From a virus, in the IMG/VR virus record IMGVR_UViG_3300044213_000051, positions 1 to 64,000 of that record: a stretch of 64,000 nt of DNA, one strand, 5' to 3'. This document shows, in pieces, positions 58,252 to 64,000 of this stretch. Every line of letters starts with the position of its first letter. Within the stretch, counting starts at the first letter, position 1. The notes under the pieces were generated by a model that did no database searches, had not been told where the DNA came from, and saw nothing but the letters and a program-made list of their open reading frames with translations. A program made the position numbers and the translations under genes.

Positions 58252-59721
58252 TTATTGAATAGTCGTTGGAATGCTAACAACTGGAATGTTTACAGGTTTG
58301 CGAACTTTCCAAGATTTCTGTGTACCACCAGATTTCACAAAATCAATGTCAATAACAGGTTGGCTTGTTTGTCCGTCGAATCTGATTTTTTCGCCTTGTA
58401 TTTCAACCAAAACCAATCCATCAGTCATGATAAACATAGAAGCTGCCAGTATTGCCAAATTATACCAATAGAGATTCTCGCATGCTTGACTCCAATATTG
58501 ATCTTCTAAGAACAGGCACGCACCTTGACATAGTTGAACAACTGGACAAGAAGGGCATTCTGCACGAGTTGACCAGTGATATGAGTTCTTCAAACGAACA
58601 TCTTCTAACTGATCGATATTACCAAGGTTGTGTTTAGTTAGAGAAGAAGTGTTTTGGCAAGTAGTTACGTTACCTTTCATATCGATGGCAATCGTATCTT
58701 CTTTATCCATACCACACTTTTGACCAACAACAGTAGCTGGTCTTTGGTAAACTAACGATTCAAAAAACCCTTGGATTTTCTGATTAATTGTCCAACTAAA
58801 CTGATTCTTAAACTCAATAGTTTCCCAGAACAACGAATGTAGAATTTCTTTCTTCTCATCTGGCGTTTGAATAGAGTGAGCCATGCCACTATCATCATAT
58901 GGTAACATCAATTCTTCTGTTGTTACCTGCAATTCAGTCTGTCCAATTTCAACATAATCATATCCAAGATCTTTACGATTTAATTTTTCTTGAATAAAAT
59001 CACGAACAGCTGCAATTGAAACATTCTGACGTGTCAATACACAGTTAAACGTAAATCTCATCTGACCCATTGTTTTTAAAGCATAAACAACAGCATCTTT
59101 TGCTTCTGGTTCATCCAAAGGATCTGGTCCACGGTTCTGAGCATGCAGTGGTCCATCGTGAGACATACCAATAGAGAATCCCATTTGATTGAACCAATCA
59201 ATCTTTTCTCGTGTTAATAGTGAGCCATTAGTCACCATCATAAACTGCGCATTAGGATAAACCTTACGAATCTTTTCCGCCAATGGTTTTAGAGTTTTCC
59301 AATAAACCATTGGTTCACCACCCCAAAATTCCAAACGGAATCTATCATAAGTGCTAAACTTAAAATTATTTTTAATCTTTTGAACAAGTTCTTCAGCATC
59401 CTCTGGACCACCAACTGGATCGTGTGGTTGATGTGCCTGATTGCAATATGAGCAAGCGTAGTTACACTTAAGACCCATAGTAATTTTTAGAGTTGCTGGT
59501 TTATCTGACTTCTTACCCCAGAGATCTGGGTTATGTGGATTGGTTATTTTAGCAGGTTCCCATTTTTTAGCAGTTACCTGATATTCTAATCCGTTTGAAA
59601 TGTGAGTCAATGTAGGTTTAGTGCCATCCGATTCCCAATAAACTTCAGAAGTCATTGGATCATACACTAATGTTTCTTTCACATCATTTGATCCTTGTAG
59701 GATCAACTTATATTTACTCAT
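58252..59721 (-). CDS. Radical SAM/SPASM-domain enzyme (anSME/peptide-maturase-like)
   Basis: CNYACSYC (CX3CX2C), FWGGEP, VTNGSLL, SHDG; SPASM C...GNVTTC...CPSCPVVQLCQGAC...C. Confidence 0.93.
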   Translation of the reverse strand: MSKYKLILQGSNDVKETLVYDPMTSEVYWESDGTKPTLTHISNGLEYQVTAKKWEPAKITNPHNPDLWGKKSDKPATLKITMGLKCNYACSYCNQAHQPHDPVGGPEDAEELVQKIKNNFKFSTYDRFRLEFWGGEPMVYWKTLKPLAEKIRKVYPNAQFMMVTNGSLLTREKIDWFNQMGFSIGMSHDGPLHAQNRGPDPLDEPEAKDAVVYALKTMGQMRFTFNCVLTRQNVSIAAVRDFIQEKLNRKDLGYDYVEIGQTELQVTTEELMLPYDDSGMAHSIQTPDEKKEILHSLFWETIEFKNQFSWTINQKIQGFFESLVYQRPATVVGQKCGMDKEDTIAIDMKGNVTTCQNTSSLTKHNLGNIDQLEDVRLKNSYHWSTRAECPSCPVVQLCQGACLFLEDQYWSQACENLYWYNLAILAASMFIMTDGLVLVEIQGEKIRFDGQTSQPVIDIDFVKSGGTQKSWKVRKPVNIPVVSIPTTIQ

Positions 59722-59770
59722 GCTATTCCTTTAATATAAATGAAAATACCCTGCTTTATCTTACACAGGG

Positions 59771-59777
59771 TATTTAG
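59771..59777 (-). promoter_or_regulatory. Late promoter box upstream of the radical SAM gene, overlapping a 10-bp inverted repeat
   Basis: CTAAATA; AAATACCCTG/CAGGGTATTT arms. Confidence 0.55.
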
Positions 59778-59787
59778 CCACTAGAAA

Positions 59788-60819
59788 TTAAACCAGTGTA
59801 ATCATTAACTCAGCAAAAGTTAATTGTGGTCCACAGTTTAATTTAAATTTGATAAAATCACCAGCTGAAAGTTTGTTGTCAACGATAACGTCTTCGTATC
59901 CAGCAAATCTTGAGGGAAGATTATTTAGACCAAGATATGTGAAATCTGGAGCTACTTGACCAGTTCGTACCCCAGAAGTTAATCGAGTTTTAGATGGTGT
60001 TCCATTTACACAATTTATATCGAATGTTACTGGTAAAGTTTTATCTGGTATTCCACTCTGATATACAACTCTAAACTTATATTCAGGATTGGTCGGTAAA
60101 GAAATTGCAAATTGTCCGCCAGCAAATTTTTGTGGATCTACCCCAGGCATAACGAATGTTGATGGAACCATACTTAAAGGGACTTCAGTGGTAACAACAT
60201 TATTATTAGCGTCAAGAATTTGGAAAATGATATTTACTATATAGTTCATAGCGATATCTTTAATTCTGTCTTTGGTAGACATTTCAACTGGTGCTGGTGT
60301 AGTAGCAGAGTCTATTACTGTTGCGTGTGGTGATCCATCTTCAATAACATGGAATGTTAAAACACTAGCAGAAAAATCAGTTACTGTTCCATAAAATGAT
60401 TCAATTTGAAAACATGGAAACAATTTTTCGCTTTGTCTTGCTTGAATGTCACTCCAAATAGTATGATGAGATGTACTAGAATTTATTAGTGTTTGAGTAT
60501 ACGATAGAACATTAAATGGGTCGTTGATCGTTTCAGTTTCAGCGTCAAACTCAACGATCCAAGCCATATTGTCTGTATACTGAACAAAATCTGCTGGAGT
60601 GAACGCTCTTGTAGCTACAGTTGTATATGTAATTGGAGCGTCTACAGCAGAATTTAAGTCTGGTTTAACTAGTTTATCAACAGTAAGGTTGATTGTTTTA
60701 GTACTATCAACATATCCCATTGTTACTCTATAGTTAGAATTAACCGCAAGAACACCCTGTGGGTATGATGTTTGACTAGGATCAAATCCTACGATTGGTG
60801 TTTTATAGATTTTATACAT
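59788..60819 (-). CDS. Hypothetical protein (beta-rich C-terminal domain) between the Cys-rich ORF and radical SAM gene
   Basis: 343-aa ORF with AGGG RBS; no recognisable motif. Confidence 0.7.
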   Translation of the reverse strand: MYKIYKTPIVGFDPSQTSYPQGVLAVNSNYRVTMGYVDSTKTINLTVDKLVKPDLNSAVDAPITYTTVATRAFTPADFVQYTDNMAWIVEFDAETETINDPFNVLSYTQTLINSSTSHHTIWSDIQARQSEKLFPCFQIESFYGTVTDFSASVLTFHVIEDGSPHATVIDSATTPAPVEMSTKDRIKDIAMNYIVNIIFQILDANNNVVTTEVPLSMVPSTFVMPGVDPQKFAGGQFAISLPTNPEYKFRVVYQSGIPDKTLPVTFDINCVNGTPSKTRLTSGVRTGQVAPDFTYLGLNNLPSRFAGYEDVIVDNKLSAGDFIKFKLNCGPQLTFAELMITLV

Positions 60820-60832
60820 TTATATTCCCTAA

Positions 60833-61204
60833 TTAGCAGTTACAGTTGCATGCGCAGTTACAGTTGCAATTACAGTTGCAATTACAGTTTACGCGATAGT
60901 AACGGAACATACCAAGAGACTGTTCTTGAGAATCGTGACGCATACCAGCACCATTATATGCACCATTGGCGAAGATGTTAATACGCCAGTCTGTAGTATA
61001 TATGTTTAAGGGGATTGGTCCTGGATTACAGTTACCACAGTTACAGTTACAAGCTGTGTTACATGCGTTACATGCGCAGTTCCAGTTACAGTTACCGTTA
61101 GAATCATTCACATAACGTGCGCCAACGTCACCCTGCCATCCCCAGAAAATACCGTTAAGGTCGGTACCACCCGAATTTCTAAATCCAACCGCTGCTACTG
61201 GCAT
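60833..61204 (-). CDS. Cys/Asn-repeat protein; putative radical-SAM substrate / tail-tip protein
   Basis: GGAG RBS within the fibre end; 17 Cys in two arrays (NCNWNCACNACNTACNCNCGNC; NCNCNCNCNCNCACNCNC-stop). Confidence 0.8.
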   Translation of the reverse strand: MPVAAVGFRNSGGTDLNGIFWGWQGDVGARYVNDSNGNCNWNCACNACNTACNCNCGNCNPGPIPLNIYTTDWRINIFANGAYNGAGMRHDSQEQSLGMFRYYRVNCNCNCNCNCNCACNCNC

Positions 61205-61205
61205 A

Positions 61206-62396
61206 TTATTTCTCCAAGTTTTCTAATCGAGTATTTAACTCTTTAATAGTTTCGTTTTGTTCTTTAATTGCTTCAATCAGTAAACCAACGATGTTAGCAT
61301 AGGCAACAGATTTGAATCCCTCGGAGTCTTCTCCGACTAAGAAAGGCATAACTCTTTCTACTTCCTGGGCGATTAAACCGATTTCTGGTTTACCTTGTTT
61401 CAGATAGGAAACGCCACGCAATTGTAAAACAGTGTCTACGGCATTATTTAGCGTTTGTACGTTCTCTTTTAATCGTTGGTCAGAAGAAATCTGGAATCCG
61501 CCAGCATAAACAGTTCCACCAACACTTTCGTTACCATTAACAGTATTGCTTCCTGTAAAGGTGTTATTAGCGTTTAGACGTGGAATATTAGAACCAACGT
61601 TAATTGTTGGATTACCAGCAACACCATCTGGATTGCTAATAGTAATATCTGATCCAGCAGCCAAAGTTCTTGGAACGATTGTGTTAGTTGCTGTTCTGGC
61701 AACCAAGCCAGTTGTAGATAAGTTAGCGTAAGCTGTTAACTCTGCGCTGAATGGTTGAACGTCTGTACCAACACGAGTACCTAAAACTGCCTGAGCACCA
61801 GAAGTCGATGTTGTGGCAATAAGAGATCTGGCATAAGAAGTTAGCGATGCTGTTGTTAGGGTATTAGCACCATTAAAATAAACAACCTGATCAGCTGCAC
61901 CAGAAATCCCTGATAATGAGTCTAGTTTTGTGTTCCACGCTTGGACGTTTGTTCCGATAATCAATCCAAGATTGGCACGAGCATTTGACGCATTAGTTGC
62001 GCCAGTACCACCAACGGATACAGGAATAGAACCACCGCTAATTGAAATTGAACCAACCGACAAAGAACCAGTAAATGTAGCATTTACACCAGTAATGTTA
62101 TTTGTTGAGGTTAAATTGTAGAATGTAGAGCTACCTGTAGAATCGCGAGTAACTACAGAACTGTAATTTGGACCAGTTGGTAATGATGGATTGGATTGCA
62201 ATCCTTGTAACAAATCAGCGTCTAAACCAGATCCAACACCATCAACAGTCTCCAATTGCGTAATAATGTTATGCGCATTAAAGTCTGTGATTAATACTCT
62301 TGTCTGAATATCTGCGTTTAGGTTTGTGAAGTTGGCATCAACTTCATTATTTGTTAGGGGTGAACCCTTAGATTGTCTTAAAACGAGTGTCGCCAT
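61206..62396 (-). CDS. Tail fibre protein with C-terminal S74 intramolecular chaperone
   Basis: LRQSKGSPLTNNEVDANF, GSGLDADLL, SDQRLKENV, IGLIAQEVE, VAYANIVGLLIEAIKEQ. Confidence 0.9.
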   Translation of the reverse strand: MATLVLRQSKGSPLTNNEVDANFTNLNADIQTRVLITDFNAHNIITQLETVDGVGSGLDADLLQGLQSNPSLPTGPNYSSVVTRDSTGSSTFYNLTSTNNITGVNATFTGSLSVGSISISGGSIPVSVGGTGATNASNARANLGLIIGTNVQAWNTKLDSLSGISGAADQVVYFNGANTLTTASLTSYARSLIATTSTSGAQAVLGTRVGTDVQPFSAELTAYANLSTTGLVARTATNTIVPRTLAAGSDITISNPDGVAGNPTINVGSNIPRLNANNTFTGSNTVNGNESVGGTVYAGGFQISSDQRLKENVQTLNNAVDTVLQLRGVSYLKQGKPEIGLIAQEVERVMPFLVGEDSEGFKSVAYANIVGLLIEAIKEQNETIKELNTRLENLEK

Positions 62397-62410
62397 TGTT
62401 TTCCCTTAGT

Positions 62411-62653
62411 TCAGCGATCTTTAATTAACAGCAAAAGCATCTGTTTAATCTCAGAAATATCTGCCTTTATATTATTTATTTGTTCTGTATGTTGAGAAAG
62501 AACCTCTGATTCGCGTAAACGCTTCTCGTGTTCTTCTTTCATTTTTAGATAATTTTCATACTCGGTCTTGTTAGTATTTAGGATTGCTCCTGTACTTGTA
62601 TCTCTAACAAGACCCGTATGACCCTCAACCTTCAAAAATTTAACATTATGCAC
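62411..62653 (-). CDS. Conserved small coiled-coil phage protein
   Basis: KVEGHTGLVRD..TGAILN...IKADISEIKQML. Confidence 0.75.
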   Translation of the reverse strand: MHNVKFLKVEGHTGLVRDTSTGAILNTNKTEYENYLKMKEEHEKRLRESEVLSQHTEQINNIKADISEIKQMLLLLIKDR

Positions 62654-64000
62654 AAGAAATTACTCTAAAATCTTTTAGTTTAGGAACCGCACAAGTATTT
62701 GTGGATTGTAGAACAATCTTAACAACAATTGTGTCATATGGTGCAGTATTTTGAGCTGTGTATGTAACATCCGTAAACGATGGGTCGCCGAACTGAACAT
62801 TAGGTAATGTGCCAGCGTCTGGAGTCAACAATGTGTATGGAGTTGTAGCCAATTGACTGCTATCACCTAAACAAGTCTTATAGTAAACCAATACGTTAGC
62901 CTGTGTAGGAATGTTCGCACCGAACATAACACGAGTATAAGTCGATTGTGCCGCCAACTTAATAGGAGTTGTTACATATTTGCTTATTGTAGAACTTCCA
63001 GTTGGAGCAATCTCATCAACGAACAACTGTTTGTAAGAAACTGTTGTTCCAGTTGCACCAGCTTCGCTAGTGAAAGTTCCGCTAACAGTTAAAGTACCTG
63101 TTCCGCTAGAACCAGAAGCAAAGTTTCCAGGATTTGTGTCACTGTAACCAGTAACTAGAACAGTCTGACTATTGCTTGACGTTGTAGCACCACTGATAAC
63201 AACATAACTACCAACAGGAATAGTTGCTAAAGCAGCACGAACTGCGTAGTTAGTAGAAGTTATTGTGTTACCAGAGAAACTAAATGCTCCAGTTGCGCCA
63301 GTAAACACAGGAAGAATATCAAGAACAGCAAGGTCAGTTGTTGCTGGATTTGGTACGTTTACGCTATTAGAAATAGCAATCATACTTGTTCTAGTTGTAT
63401 CAATAACAGGAGATACTGCGTCATTTGATGTAGTCAATTGAGCAGAGAATGTTAATGATTTGGCACCAGACAAATATGTTGTTTCATTAATCTTAGAAGC
63501 AATAATTCTTGGAGCAGTAAAGTTATTGTTATTGTAAGTCAAACAAGGGCTAAAGTTAGAATCAACAACATATGGAGTTTCACTACCACTAATTGATTGA
63601 CCAGAAGTAGTCTTAACTGAGAACGTACTTGTTGTCAATGGGAATGTCTGCATTTGAACTGTTGGATTGATAACATCAAACTTGATGTTCTTAGATGCAC
63701 GATATCCATTGCCACCAACATAACCAGCAATCGTTGCGTTAGTTGTTGATGTAATAGTATAGCTATCTTTCAACACGTTACTAATTGAATGAGTTCCTAG
63801 AATCTGAGAAGCAGGAATTCCGTTTAGAGGATTGATGAAATTACCTAAAGTATATGATGATAATGCTTCAGTTGCATTTGCTGTTAGTGTTAAAGTAGTG
63901 TTATTAGCAATAGCAGCAACCTGACCGATTAAAGTCATATTGTTGTCGTATAAACAAGAACCAACAACTAATTGGGTAGTGAAAGAAGTTCCAGTTCCAG
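62646..64000 (-). CDS. Large virion structural protein, C-terminal part (5'-truncated by the window edge)
   Basis: Frame stays open to 64000 (GTGTSFTTQLVVGSCLYDNNMT...); VSPVID, SKYVT, VYYK, IKIVL.S...VPKLKDFRVI typical of large T4-like virion proteins. Confidence 0.8.
   Translation of the reverse strand, partial: GTGTSFTTQLVVGSCLYDNNMTLIGQVAAIANNTTLTLTANATEALSSYTLGNFINPLNGIPASQILGTHSISNVLKDSYTITSTTNATIAGYVGGNGYRASKNIKFDVINPTVQMQTFPLTTSTFSVKTTSGQSISGSETPYVVDSNFSPCLTYNNNNFTAPRIIASKINETTYLSGAKSLTFSAQLTTSNDAVSPVIDTTRTSMIAISNSVNVPNPATTDLAVLDILPVFTGATGAFSFSGNTITSTNYAVRAALATIPVGSYVVISGATTSSNSQTVLVTGYSDTNPGNFASGSSGTGTLTVSGTFTSEAGATGTTVSYKQLFVDEIAPTGSSTISKYVTTPIKLAAQSTYTRVMFGANIPTQANVLVYYKTCLGDSSQLATTPYTLLTPDAGTLPNVQFGDPSFTDVTYTAQNTAPYDTIVVKIVLQSTNTCAVPKLKDFRVISCA

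Noticed and set aside
58252-59721. Anaerobic sulfatase maturase, NrdG or QueE assignment for the radical SAM gene
   Set aside because: No sulfatase, nrdD or que genes nearby; the SPASM domain and adjacent Cys-rich ORF favour a peptide maturase
60833-60895. (AACTGT/AATTGC)n as a microsatellite or contingency locus
   Set aside because: Mixed synonymous codons and an in-frame Ala interruption point to protein-level selection

Overview
A 64-kb segment of a lytic T4-like myophage genome (cyanophage/freshwater-type gene order; host probably a proteobacterium, which is inference). Almost every real gene is on the minus strand. From right to left in transcription order: virion and tail-fibre genes; an accessory cassette embedded among them; neck/tail/head morphogenesis genes (13,14,15,17,18,19,20,67,21,22,23,3); uvsY, uvsW, 55, 47, 46; a VWA + MoxR-AAA (cobT/cobS-like) pair; 45, 44, 62, regA, hsp20, ligase, dexA-like, 43, uvsX, 40, 41; and, at the left edge, a TET/JBP-family dioxygenase that the ORF track missed because it runs off the window. 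The most striking element is the ~7-kb late-promoter cassette at 55.2-62.4 kb. It holds an S74-chaperone tail fibre, a 123-aa protein with 17 Cys in (Asn-Cys)n arrays, an unknown protein, a radical SAM/SPASM enzyme, a small ORF, a TRAP solute-binding protein without a signal peptide, an AsnB/lasso-cyclase-like PP-loop ATPase and a degenerate 2OG cupin. It looks like a RiPP-style post-translational modification system for a virion (tail-tip) protein. Also notable: a conserved CCCTAC-N5-GTAGGG palindrome at four sigma70 promoters, a structured ~180-nt leader before hsp20, and a PD-(D/E)xK-like ORF between gp45 and gp44. No tRNA, CRISPR array, integrase, intron or intein was recognised. All calls come from motif and synteny recognition by eye; no database searches were run.
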